A stretch of DNA of 64,000 nt, from contig JAILWI010000002.1 in NCBI GenBank assembly GCA_025699005.1, positions 303,246 to 367,245 of the forward strand, given 5' to 3'. This document shows, piece by piece, positions 29,601 through 37,795 of this stretch. The stretch is from Chloroflexota bacterium (GTDB lineage: Bacteria; Chloroflexota; Limnocylindria; QHBO01). The first letter of the stretch is position 1, and each line of letters starts with the position of its first letter. Made by a program: the position numbers and the translations under genes. The notes beneath the pieces are model-generated. The model did no database searches. It was given only the letters and a program-made list of their open reading frames with translations, and was not told where the DNA came from.

Positions 29601-29762
29601 CATCCGATGTCGCTCGTGGTGCTGGGCGGGCTCGGGACCACGCTGCTCGTGAACCTGTTCTTCCTGCCGTCACTCCTGACGCCCATGGGCATGAGCCCCG
29701 AGGTCGAGGAGGTGGCGATCCCCGTAGAGACCGCCGAACGCCGCGTGATTGGAGCGAGCTGA
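26601..29762 (+). CDS. HME-type RND efflux permease (CzcA/CusA family)
   Basis: 1054 aa. N-terminus (IVRWSLRFRRLVVALAAV...LSSAPVDTLPEFSPPYVEVQT) matches the CzcA-type N-terminal consensus. About 12 TM helices and two large periplasmic loops. A GTG at 26598 is also possible. Confidence 0.85.
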   Translation: MAGIVRWSLRFRRLVVALAAVTIIFGFTQLSSAPVDTLPEFSPPYVEVQTEALGLSAEEVEQLITVPLEADLLNGVAWLDKIESQSVQGLSSIVMTFEPGTDPIRARQVVAERLTQAHALPNVSKPPVMLQPLSSSNRVLMISLTSDELSLIDMSVLARWTVKPRLLGVPGVANVSIWGQRERQLQVLVDPHHLQAAGVSLDEVVETAGNALWVSPLSFLEASTPGTGGFIDTPNQRLGVQHVLPIDSADDLAQVTVASEDARYRLGDVATVVEDHQPLIGDAIVGEGDGLLLVVEKFPGTDTLTVTRDVEDAMAALAPAITGIDVDTTLFRPATFLEQALDNVTLAILIGLILAIAVITALLRDWRAGVVSLVTIPLSLVLGGLVLLALGATFNAMVAAGLVVALAIVIDDTVTTSASIRARADGASGGTDEASTLARTVRGVIAVRGTTFYTLVVLGLSVIPLFFVGSELGAMLPSLATALIVALLASVLVSITVAPALAFMLGSGRPAPARETRLIARGQAAYGTTLTRVLDRSRPMLLGVSAVAVVAVLGFGAWVAPGVASSATPEFRDRNILVHWDGAPGSSHGAMRRIVAEASADLRAIPGLENVGAHIGRAIFSDQVGGINDGDIWLTIAPDADYSATVAAVEQVVAGFPGMSRGVATYGADRVEQIVGTETDDIVVRVYGEDQAVLGTQADAVLGAVRTIPGVAEARIDAPTMEPTVRITVDLAAAELNGLTPGAVRRTATTLLSGLEVGSLFEGQKVFEVVVWGVPALRENLSTIQALPIETSTGRMVTLADVADIEIAPAPVSIYREGVQRVLDVAISVAGRDVGGVLRDVETALAGVAFPVETHAEVLGLTAERSAQQGALLAVGAAALIGILLVLQAALVSWRVAALVLLSLPAALSGGIVVALVLGTQATFGALLGLLAVLAIAVKQALLLMDHYRDLEAGGATRDEWLVIRGARERMVPTVTTALAVAAALVPFAILGNQAGAEIIHPMSLVVLGGLGTTLLVNLFFLPSLLTPMGMSPEVEEVAIPVETAERRVIGAS

Positions 29763-29763
29763 G

Positions 29764-30207
29764 ATGACCGGACAACGCCGACTGCTGCTGGTGGGGACCC
29801 TCGCGCTGGTGGTCCCGCTGGGCGCCTGCGCCGAAGGGAGTTCGGAGCATCACGGCGAGGAGCCCGCGGTCCTGGAGCCGGTGGGAGGTGACGACGGCCT
29901 TCTTCGCATCCGCCTCACCGAGAACGCCGCGGCGCGGCTGGCCATCGAGACGGCACCGATCGAGTCGGCCTCGGGCGGCATGTCGTCCGTGCCCTACGGA
30001 GCCATCTTCTACGGCACTGATGGAGAGACCTGGGTCTACATCAGCCCCGAGCCCCTGGTCTTCATGCGCGAGCCGGTCGTGGTCGATCGGATCGAGGACG
30101 GCGTGGCCCTCCTGACCAACGGACCGCCCGAGGGCACGGCCGTGGCGACGGTCGGCGTGGCCGAGCTGTTCGGCACCGAGATCGGCATGGGCGGGGCCGC
30201 CCACTAA
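29764..30207 (+). CDS. small lipoprotein (147 aa) between the two RND genes
   Basis: ATG 29764 is 2 nt after the RND stop. Signal peptide plus lipobox (LVVPLGACAEG). It may be a minimal periplasmic adaptor-like beta-domain, which is inference only. Confidence 0.45.
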   Translation: MTGQRRLLLVGTLALVVPLGACAEGSSEHHGEEPAVLEPVGGDDGLLRIRLTENAAARLAIETAPIESASGGMSSVPYGAIFYGTDGETWVYISPEPLVFMREPVVVDRIEDGVALLTNGPPEGTAVATVGVAELFGTEIGMGGAAH

Positions 30208-30239
30208 GCAAACCCCGCACGAAGGACGCGGTCCCCGCC

Positions 30240-33200
30240 ATGCGCGCCATCATCTCCGCCAGCCTCCGGTTCCGTTACATCGTCGTGGCCCTCACCGCCG
30301 CGATGATGGCGTTCGGCATCGGCGAGGTGCAGCGCATGCCGGTGGACGTGTTCCCCGAGTTCGCTCCGCCACGCGTGGAGATCCAGACCCCGTCCTTGGG
30401 CCTGTCGGCCGCCGACGTCGAGGAGCTCGTCACCGTTCCGCTGGAGGAGGTGCTGGCCGGCGTCGACGGACTCGACGTCATCCGCTCGAAGTCCGTGCGC
30501 GACCTGTCTTCGGTGCTCCTCATCTTCGAGCCGGGCACCGATCTCATCCAGGCGCGCCAGCTCGTCCAGGAACGGGTGAATCAGGTCACGCCGTCGCTGC
30601 CCAGCTGGGCGAGTCCGCCGTTCATGCTCCAGCCGCTCTCGTCCACGAGCCGCGTGATGAAGATCGGCATGACCTCGGACACGCGGTCGCTCATGGACAT
30701 GTCGATGACCGCCTACTGGAAGGTGCGGGCTCGGCTGCTCGGCGTCCCCGGGGTGGCGCACGTCGCCATCTGGGGCGAGCGTCTCCAGATGCTCCAGGTG
30801 CAGATGGACCCCGTGCGTATGGCGCGGCACCGCGTGACGGTGCACGAGGTCATGGAGTCGACTTCGGCCTCGTTGGACGAGGGCATCCTCCAGTTCAGCG
30901 ACGGCAACATCATCGGTACCGGCGGGTTCATCGACACGCCCAACCAGCGGCTGGCCATCGCCCACGTGCCGCCGATCAAGCAGCCGGACGACCTCCAACA
31001 CGTCATGGTCGAGACGCGGGACGGTCGCCAGGTGCCGATCACCTCGGTGGCGGAGCTCGTCACCGACCACCAGCCGCTAATCGGCGACGCGGTCATTGAC
31101 GACGGGCCGGGCTTGATGCTCATCGTCGAGAAGTTCCCGTGGGCGAACACGCTGGACGTGACGCGAGGCGTGGAGGCGGCCCTGGCCGAGCTGGAGCCGG
31201 CCATGGGCGGGATCGTGGTCGATGCCGAGATCTTCCGTCCAGCCACGTTCATCGAGACGGCCCTGGAGAACTTGACCCGCGCCCTTCTTCTGGGCTCGAT
31301 CCTCGTGGTGATCGTGCTGCTCCTGTTCCTGTTCGAGTGGCGCACGGCACTCATCAGCATCATCGCCATCCCTACCTCGCTGATGGCGGCGGCACTCGTG
31401 CTGAACTGGCAGGGCGCGACCATCAACACCATGGTGCTTGCGGGATTCGTCATCGCCGTCGGCGTGGTGGTGGACGACGCCATCATCGATATTGAGAACA
31501 TCGTCCGCCGCCTGAGGCAGCATCGCCGCGCCGGGAGCACGAAGTCGACCACGTCGATCGTGATCGAGTCATCGCTCGAGGTCCGCTCGGCGATCCTGTA
31601 TGCCACGCTCATCGACGTGGTGGCGGTGGCGCCGATCTTCTTCATCGGCGGGCTGTCGGGCGCGTTCTTCCAGCCGCTGATCCTCGCCTACGCGCTCGCC
31701 ATCCTGGCCTCCATGGTGGTCGCGCTGACGATCACTCCGGCCCTCGCCTACGTGCTGCTGCGCAATGCTCCGACCGAGCGCAGCGAGTCGCCGTTCGCCG
31801 AGTGGCTCCGTCGCGGCTACGAGCGCGTGCTCTCGAAAATCGTGGTCAGGCCCCGGAATGCCTACGCGGCCGTCGGCTCGATCATGCTCGCCGGCGCCCT
31901 CGTCTATCCGCAGCTCGGCCAGTCGCTCCTCCCCGATTTCAAGGAGCGTGACTTCCTGATGCACTGGCTGACCGCCCCCGGCACGTCATTGCCGGAGGAG
32001 GTGCGCATCTCCGAGCGCGCCTGCGTCGAGCTCCAGACCATCCCGGGGGTGCGCAACTGCGGCGCCCACATCGGCCAGGCGCTGCTCATGGACGAGGTGG
32101 TGGGCGTGGACTTCGGCGAGAACTGGATCAGCGTCGATCCGTCGGTCGACTACGACGCCACGCTCGCCTCGGTCCAGGAGGTCGTCGACGGCTATCCCGG
32201 GCTGATCCGCGACGTCCAGACCTACCTCAAGGAGCGCATCCGCGAGGTCCTGACGGGGTCGAGTGACGCCATCGTGGTCCGGATCCACGGCCGCGACCTC
32301 GACGTGCTGCGCGACGTTGCCGAGGACGTCGAGGAGGAGATGGCTGCGATCGACGGGCTGGTTGATCTCCATGTCGAGCGCCAGCGAGAGATCCCGGAGA
32401 TCACCGTCGAAGTCGATCTCGAGGCTGCGCTCGTGCACGGCATCAAGCCGGGAGATGTCCGTCGCGTCGCATCGACCCTCATTGCCGGCGAGGAGGTTGG
32501 AGATATCTTCTTCGGTGGCCGCGCCTATGACGTGCAGGCATGGAGCACTCCAGAGACACGTGCCGATCTGACGAGCATCGAGGAGCTGCTCATCGACACC
32601 CCGTCGGGCAATCGAATCCCTCTGGGTGAAGTGGCGCGGATCACCATGGCGCCGACGCCGAACGCCATCTTCCACGAGGGGCTGTCGCGACGGCTCCACG
32701 TCGAGGCCAACGTTCGTGGCCGCGATCTGGGTGCCGTGGTGCGCGACGTCGAGGCCGCCATCGCCCGGGTCGAGTTCCCGCAGGAGTACCACCCCGAGCT
32801 TCTCGGTGAGCTGCAGGAACGCGAGGCTGCAGAAGGGCGCCTCCTGCTCTTCGGCATCGGCGCCGCATTCGGCATCTTCATCCTGCTCGTTACCTCCTTC
32901 GGCGTCGTGCGTGTCGCGCTGCTGTCGTTCCTGACTCTGCCGTCGGCGCTCGTGGGTGGCGTCCTCGCTGCCTGGGTCGGCGGTGGAGTCATCTCACTCG
33001 GTTCCCTCGTCGGGTTCTTCACGATCCTCGGGATCGCTGCTCGCAACGGCATCATGATGATCAATCACTTCCAACACCTTGAACGCTACGAGGGCATGGA
33101 GTTCGGTCCCGAGCTCGTCATTCGCGGCGCCCGCGAGCGCCTCGCGCCGATCCTCATGACGGCGTCGGCCACGGGCCTGGCGCTCATTCCGCTCGTGATC

Positions 33201-33377
33201 GCCGGCGATCTGCCCGGGCACGAGATCGAGCACCCGCTCGCGATCGTCATCCTGGGAGGCCTCGTGACGTCCACGCTCCTCAACCTGTTCGTCGTCCCGT
33301 CGCTCTACCTCCGCTTCGCTCGTGACTGGCGACGCCACGGATCCGATGGCGACGCGCAGGCGGGAACCCCGGCGTGA
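30240..33377 (+). CDS. HME-type RND efflux permease (CzcA/CusA family), second paralog
   Basis: 1045 aa, collinear with 26601-29762 (MRAIISASLRFRYIVVALTAAMMAFGIGEVQRMPVDVFPEFAPPRVEIQT...). Confidence 0.85.
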   Translation: MRAIISASLRFRYIVVALTAAMMAFGIGEVQRMPVDVFPEFAPPRVEIQTPSLGLSAADVEELVTVPLEEVLAGVDGLDVIRSKSVRDLSSVLLIFEPGTDLIQARQLVQERVNQVTPSLPSWASPPFMLQPLSSTSRVMKIGMTSDTRSLMDMSMTAYWKVRARLLGVPGVAHVAIWGERLQMLQVQMDPVRMARHRVTVHEVMESTSASLDEGILQFSDGNIIGTGGFIDTPNQRLAIAHVPPIKQPDDLQHVMVETRDGRQVPITSVAELVTDHQPLIGDAVIDDGPGLMLIVEKFPWANTLDVTRGVEAALAELEPAMGGIVVDAEIFRPATFIETALENLTRALLLGSILVVIVLLLFLFEWRTALISIIAIPTSLMAAALVLNWQGATINTMVLAGFVIAVGVVVDDAIIDIENIVRRLRQHRRAGSTKSTTSIVIESSLEVRSAILYATLIDVVAVAPIFFIGGLSGAFFQPLILAYALAILASMVVALTITPALAYVLLRNAPTERSESPFAEWLRRGYERVLSKIVVRPRNAYAAVGSIMLAGALVYPQLGQSLLPDFKERDFLMHWLTAPGTSLPEEVRISERACVELQTIPGVRNCGAHIGQALLMDEVVGVDFGENWISVDPSVDYDATLASVQEVVDGYPGLIRDVQTYLKERIREVLTGSSDAIVVRIHGRDLDVLRDVAEDVEEEMAAIDGLVDLHVERQREIPEITVEVDLEAALVHGIKPGDVRRVASTLIAGEEVGDIFFGGRAYDVQAWSTPETRADLTSIEELLIDTPSGNRIPLGEVARITMAPTPNAIFHEGLSRRLHVEANVRGRDLGAVVRDVEAAIARVEFPQEYHPELLGELQEREAAEGRLLLFGIGAAFGIFILLVTSFGVVRVALLSFLTLPSALVGGVLAAWVGGGVISLGSLVGFFTILGIAARNGIMMINHFQHLERYEGMEFGPELVIRGARERLAPILMTASATGLALIPLVIAGDLPGHEIEHPLAIVILGGLVTSTLLNLFVVPSLYLRFARDWRRHGSDGDAQAGTPA

Positions 33378-34312
33378 CGCGCACGCTCGGCCGCGTTCGC
33401 GTCCTGCCCATCCCGATGGTGGCCGCGCTGCTGCTGTCAGCCTGCGGCTTGGTTGCGGGTACCCCGCTGCCGACGGTCGCCCCCGCGAGTGCCGGGGCCA
33501 CGCCCACCGTCGCCCCGTCGCCGAGCGCCTCGGCGCCGGACGGCGACCTGCCGCCACCGTTCCCGTACGAGAGCCTCGGCGACCCCACCACCGTCACGAA
33601 CCCGTACCTGCCCTTGGTGCCGGGCACCTACTGGAGATGGGAGGGTGTGACCGTGGAGGACGACGAGGAGATCCCGCACCAGATCATCACCATGGTCACC
33701 GACATGACGAAGATGATCGACGGCGTGTCGACCATCGTCGGGTACGACGAGGACTGGGCGGACGGCGAGCTGGTCGAAGCCGAGATCTTCTTCGCCGTCC
33801 AGGACGACGACGGCAATGTGTGGCGTCTCGGCGAGTACCCCGAGGAATACGAGGGTGGGCAGATGGTCGCCAACCCGGCATGGGTCGCGGGGGCGGACGG
33901 CGCGCTCGCGGGCGTCATGATGCCGGCCGAGCCGGCGCGCGGCGGACAGAGCTACGCGCAGGGCTGGGGACCGGGGGTCGGCTGGGCAGATCGCGGATGG
34001 GTGATCGTCGACGGCGACCAGGATTGCGTGCCCGCCGGGTGCTACGAGGACGTGATCGTCGTCCAGGAATGGGACATCGCCGAGCCACTGGCCCGCCAGC
34101 TGAAGTTCCATGCCCCGGGGGTCGGGGTGATTCGCGTCGACTGGTCGGGGAGCGCCGACCAGAGCCAGGAGTCCCTCGAGCTGGTCGAGTTCCGCCAGCT
34201 GACGGACGAGGAGCTGGCGGACCTTCGCGAGAAGGCGCTGGCCCTGGAGGAACGAGCTCACGACACACTTCCCGGGCTCTTCTCCGATACCGAGCGCATG
34301 CAGCCGATCTGA
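33374..34312 (+). CDS. hypothetical lipoprotein (312 aa)
   Basis: GTGA overlap with the RND gene. Signal peptide plus lipobox (LLLSACGLVAG) and a PST-rich linker. No identifiable catalytic motif. Confidence 0.5.
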   Translation: MTRTLGRVRVLPIPMVAALLLSACGLVAGTPLPTVAPASAGATPTVAPSPSASAPDGDLPPPFPYESLGDPTTVTNPYLPLVPGTYWRWEGVTVEDDEEIPHQIITMVTDMTKMIDGVSTIVGYDEDWADGELVEAEIFFAVQDDDGNVWRLGEYPEEYEGGQMVANPAWVAGADGALAGVMMPAEPARGGQSYAQGWGPGVGWADRGWVIVDGDQDCVPAGCYEDVIVVQEWDIAEPLARQLKFHAPGVGVIRVDWSGSADQSQESLELVEFRQLTDEELADLREKALALEERAHDTLPGLFSDTERMQPI

Positions 34313-34337
34313 ATTCATCGAGGGAGGGCGACCGAAG

Positions 34338-35336
34338 GTGGGCGTTTCCAGTCTCGAGCCGGCCGATGGCTCAACGTTCCTCCTGCAGGCGCACGACCTG
34401 CAGATGTCGTACGGCCCGCGCCGGGCGCTGCGCGGACTCTCGTTCTCGCTCGGTGCCGGGAGGATCCTCGGCTTCCTGGGGCCCAACGGAGCGGGAAAGA
34501 CGACGGCCATCCGCATCCTGACCACCGTGCTCGAGCCGACGGCCGGCCATTTCGAGGTCGGCGGCATCCGCTCCGACGAGCCGGATCGAATCCGCGGACG
34601 GATCGGCGTGCTGCCCGAGAATCTCGGCTTCCCGCGCCACATGACCGGGCTCGAGTACCTGACCTATTTCGGCGAGCTGTTCGGGCTCGCGCAATCCGCC
34701 GCCCGGGAGCGGGCCATCGGCCTGCTGGATGACGTCGGGCTGGCGCAGCGCGGGACGTCCCGCATCGGCTCGTACAGCCACGGCATGCGCCAGCGCCTCG
34801 GCATCGCCCGTGCCCTCGTCAACGAGCCGCTCGTGATCTTCCTGGACGAGCCCACGCTCGGGCTCGATCCGCGTGGCCAGCAGGAGCTGCTGGCGCTCAT
34901 CCGGCGCGTGGCGAGTGAGCGCGGCGCGAGCATCGTGCTGTGCAGCCACTCGCTCCCCGAGATCGAGGGGATCTGCGACGACGTCGTGATCCTGAATCTC
35001 GGTCAGGTCGTCGCCGCGGGGACGGTCGCGGAGGTCATCGACCAGGCGGGGAGCGAGGTGCTCCACGTGCGCGTCGACCCCGCATCGGCTGAGCGCGCGC
35101 GCGACGCGCTCCTGGCGGTCGTCGGGGTCGCGGACGCCTCGGTCAGCGACGCGCTCACCGGCCGGGTGGTGATCAGGCTCGGCGAGGCGGCAGACGGGCC
35201 GCCGGACAGACCGGGCATTCGCGACGCCGTTCTTGCCGCCCTGGTAGCCGCCGAGATCCCGGTGATCAGCTTCGGCTACACCGGAAATCGACTCCAGGAC
35301 CTGTTCCTCCAGGTCACGGATGAGGCGATCTCATGA
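34338..35336 (+). CDS. ABC transporter ATP-binding protein
   Basis: Walker A GPNGAGKTT, ABC signature SHGMRQRLGIARAL, Walker B VIFLDEPTLGLD. Confidence 0.85.
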   Translation: MGVSSLEPADGSTFLLQAHDLQMSYGPRRALRGLSFSLGAGRILGFLGPNGAGKTTAIRILTTVLEPTAGHFEVGGIRSDEPDRIRGRIGVLPENLGFPRHMTGLEYLTYFGELFGLAQSAARERAIGLLDDVGLAQRGTSRIGSYSHGMRQRLGIARALVNEPLVIFLDEPTLGLDPRGQQELLALIRRVASERGASIVLCSHSLPEIEGICDDVVILNLGQVVAAGTVAEVIDQAGSEVLHVRVDPASAERARDALLAVVGVADASVSDALTGRVVIRLGEAADGPPDRPGIRDAVLAALVAAEIPVISFGYTGNRLQDLFLQVTDEAIS

Positions 35337-37324
35337 GCGAATCGATCCAGGAGCTCGGGGCGCTCCAGCCCGGGGCGCGGGTCCGGACGGCGACACGCGT
35401 GCGCCCCACGTGGTGGGTGGTGATGGCCAACGAGATCCACGGCCTGTGGGTGGGCGGCAAGGCGCCGATCCTGCTGCTGCTCTACAGCATCGTGCTGGGC
35501 GCGCACGCCTTCGTGACGGCGTACAACGTCGAGCTCAGCCTGATGCCGCCCAACGAGATGGTGTACGAGACGGTGAAGACCGCCATCTCGGTGGGGATCT
35601 TCCTGGGGATGATGATCGGCGCCGATGCCATCAGCGGGGAACGGGAGCGAGGAACGCTCGAGGCTCTGCTCCTGACCCCCACCCGTCGCCGGCAGGTGGT
35701 GATCGGCAAATTCCTGGCCGCGCTCACCCCGTGGCCGGTTGCCTTCGTGCTGACCATCCCGTACCTCGCGGTGCTCGGGCAGGGCCACGAGGTCCTGCTG
35801 CCGGCCATCGCCTGGGGTGCCGTGCTCGGCACCGTGCTGACCGTGGCGTACACGGGAACGGGGCTGCTCGTCAGCCTATGGTCGAACAACAACCGCACCA
35901 GCTACCTCGTCAGCCTGGGCATCTACATCCTCATCCTCGTCCCGTCGCAGCTTCCCGGTCGGGCCCAGACGGGCGCCGCCGGCCAGTTCCTGCAGCAGGT
36001 CAACCCGCTCGCCGCCCTCAACCATTTCCTGTCGAAGATCCTCGTCAACAACCGCACCTTCGAGGAATTCGGCACCTGGCTGCTCTCGCCGATCATCTTC
36101 GCGACGGTGGTGATGGTCCTGCTCGTCGGCGTCTCGGCCCCGCGCCTGCGACTCGAGGCCGGGCGCCTTGCTCGCGCCGACGGCGTGATCGGCCGGGCGT
36201 TCGGGCGCCTGGGCGGGCTGTTCGTCCTCGTGGCCGCGCTGGTCATCCCTGCCGCATCCTTCGCCTCATCGACCACGGGCACGGTGGCGCCGTCCAGCCA
36301 GGTGGCGTCGGATGGGGTCCCGGTCGAGATCTCCGTGGATCTCGAGTACCAGACGGTCAACACCGGCGATGCGGTGTTCTTCGACACGGTGGTGACGAAC
36401 CCGACCGACGTCGCGAGCGCGCCCCTCATCGTGGCGATGAACATCATCAACCTCGACCAAGAGGGCGACGTCGTCGACCCCGAGGACTGGTCGCCCGAGC
36501 GAACCCAGTACGTCGACCGGCTGGATCCGGGTCAGTGGGCCATCCTCTCCTGGCGTGTGAACGCCATCCTGGATGGCGACTACATCGTGTACATGGTGGT
36601 CATGCCGCAGCCCGCCGCGGCGGACGCCACGAGCCAGGCGGTGGCAAGCTCGGGCATCCACCTGACCGTGCTTCCGTTCACGCGGCTGAATCCCGGAGGT
36701 GTCATGCCGCTGGTGCTGGGGGCGCCGACCGTGCTCGCCATCGGCACGGGTCTGATCCTGTCGATTCGGCGGCGTGAGACCGGTGGCGGAGGCCGCCCGC
36801 TGAAGTACCTGCGGCTCCCGGTGGTGCTGGGTGGTGTGGTGCTCTCCCTGGTCGTCCTCAGCGGCTTCGCGGTGATGTCGCAGCCACCGTCCGCCGGGAT
36901 TCCCGGCCAGAGTGGGGTCCGCACCGAGGACGACGGAAGCACGACAATGACGGTAGAGACGCTCACCGGCGCCGAGGACTTTGCGTACGCGCAGACGGCG
37001 TACGAAGTTCCGGCAGGAGCTCCGCTCACCGTCGAGCTCTATAACCGGACCGATCCGGCCGATGAGATCGGTCACAACTGGGTGCTCGTCGAACCCGGTC
37101 AGGAGGCGGCCGTTCTGGCCAGCGGTTTGGAGGCGGGAGATGACCTCGATTGGCTCGACATCGACGCGCCCGGGATGATCGCCCACGTTCCGCTCATCGA
37201 AGGCGGGGAGAGCAACGCTGTCACGTTCGACCCGCCGCCGCCCGGCACCTACACGTTCATCTGCACGTTCCCGGAACATCATGCCGGTGGGATGATCGGG
37301 ACACTGACGGTTGTGGAGCCATGA
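35333..37324 (+). CDS. ABC-2 family permease (NosY-like) fused to a C-terminal extracytoplasmic type-1 copper (cupredoxin) domain
   Basis: ATGA overlap with the ATPase. N-terminal 6-TM ABC-2 permease with the GERERGTLEALL motif. An extra TM is followed by a cupredoxin domain carrying all four type-1 Cu ligands (His in IGHNWVLVEPG; Cys/His/Met in CTFPEHHAGGM). Confidence 0.7.
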   Translation: MSESIQELGALQPGARVRTATRVRPTWWVVMANEIHGLWVGGKAPILLLLYSIVLGAHAFVTAYNVELSLMPPNEMVYETVKTAISVGIFLGMMIGADAISGERERGTLEALLLTPTRRRQVVIGKFLAALTPWPVAFVLTIPYLAVLGQGHEVLLPAIAWGAVLGTVLTVAYTGTGLLVSLWSNNNRTSYLVSLGIYILILVPSQLPGRAQTGAAGQFLQQVNPLAALNHFLSKILVNNRTFEEFGTWLLSPIIFATVVMVLLVGVSAPRLRLEAGRLARADGVIGRAFGRLGGLFVLVAALVIPAASFASSTTGTVAPSSQVASDGVPVEISVDLEYQTVNTGDAVFFDTVVTNPTDVASAPLIVAMNIINLDQEGDVVDPEDWSPERTQYVDRLDPGQWAILSWRVNAILDGDYIVYMVVMPQPAAADATSQAVASSGIHLTVLPFTRLNPGGVMPLVLGAPTVLAIGTGLILSIRRRETGGGGRPLKYLRLPVVLGGVVLSLVVLSGFAVMSQPPSAGIPGQSGVRTEDDGSTTMTVETLTGAEDFAYAQTAYEVPAGAPLTVELYNRTDPADEIGHNWVLVEPGQEAAVLASGLEAGDDLDWLDIDAPGMIAHVPLIEGGESNAVTFDPPPPGTYTFICTFPEHHAGGMIGTLTVVEP

Positions 37325-37413
37325 GCCGGCCCGCGTCACGCGAAGTCGCTACCCGATGGCGAATCGGCACACGGCGGCGTACTGTGATGGCCGGCAAGCG
37401 ATCGACGCGGGGG

Positions 37414-37726
37414 ATGGAGGCGCCCCGTTTCCGACACCGACGTTGATGACGACTGGCACCTGACGCCCCGCGAGCGCGACGTCCTCATCCAGGCGTCCCT
37501 GGGGAAGAGCAATCGCGAGATCGGTGAGGCGCTGTCCATCGCCGAGCAGACCGTGAAGAACCACCTCGGCAACGCGATGCACAAGCTCTCCCTCAACGAC
37601 CGGACGCACGCCGTGGTCGTCGCGATCAGCCGCGGCCTGATTCCTTTGCCCGTGGCGTCTCAGCGGCCGACGGGATCGGAGACTGAGCGCCCGGAAGAGG
37701 TCGAAGGTCCTCGCTCGACTCCCTAG
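37414..37726 (+). CDS. GerE/LuxR-type HTH small regulator with irregular start (possible frameshift or non-canonical initiation)
   Basis: Frame-2 translation LTPRERDVLIQASLGKSNREIGEALSIAEQTVKNHLGNAMHKLSLNDRTHAVVVAISRGLI is a complete LuxR C-terminal HTH (GerE-like). That frame has no ATG/GTG/TTG between the upstream stop (37385) and the HTH. An ATG at 37414 lies in frame 1 and terminates at 37446. Stop TAG at 37724-37726. Confidence 0.4.
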
Positions 37727-37795
37727 CCTCGCGAGCTCGAGGCGACACCCGGCGCAAAACCTCGGGCTGGCTCCCGTCATCATCGCACTCGGCTA

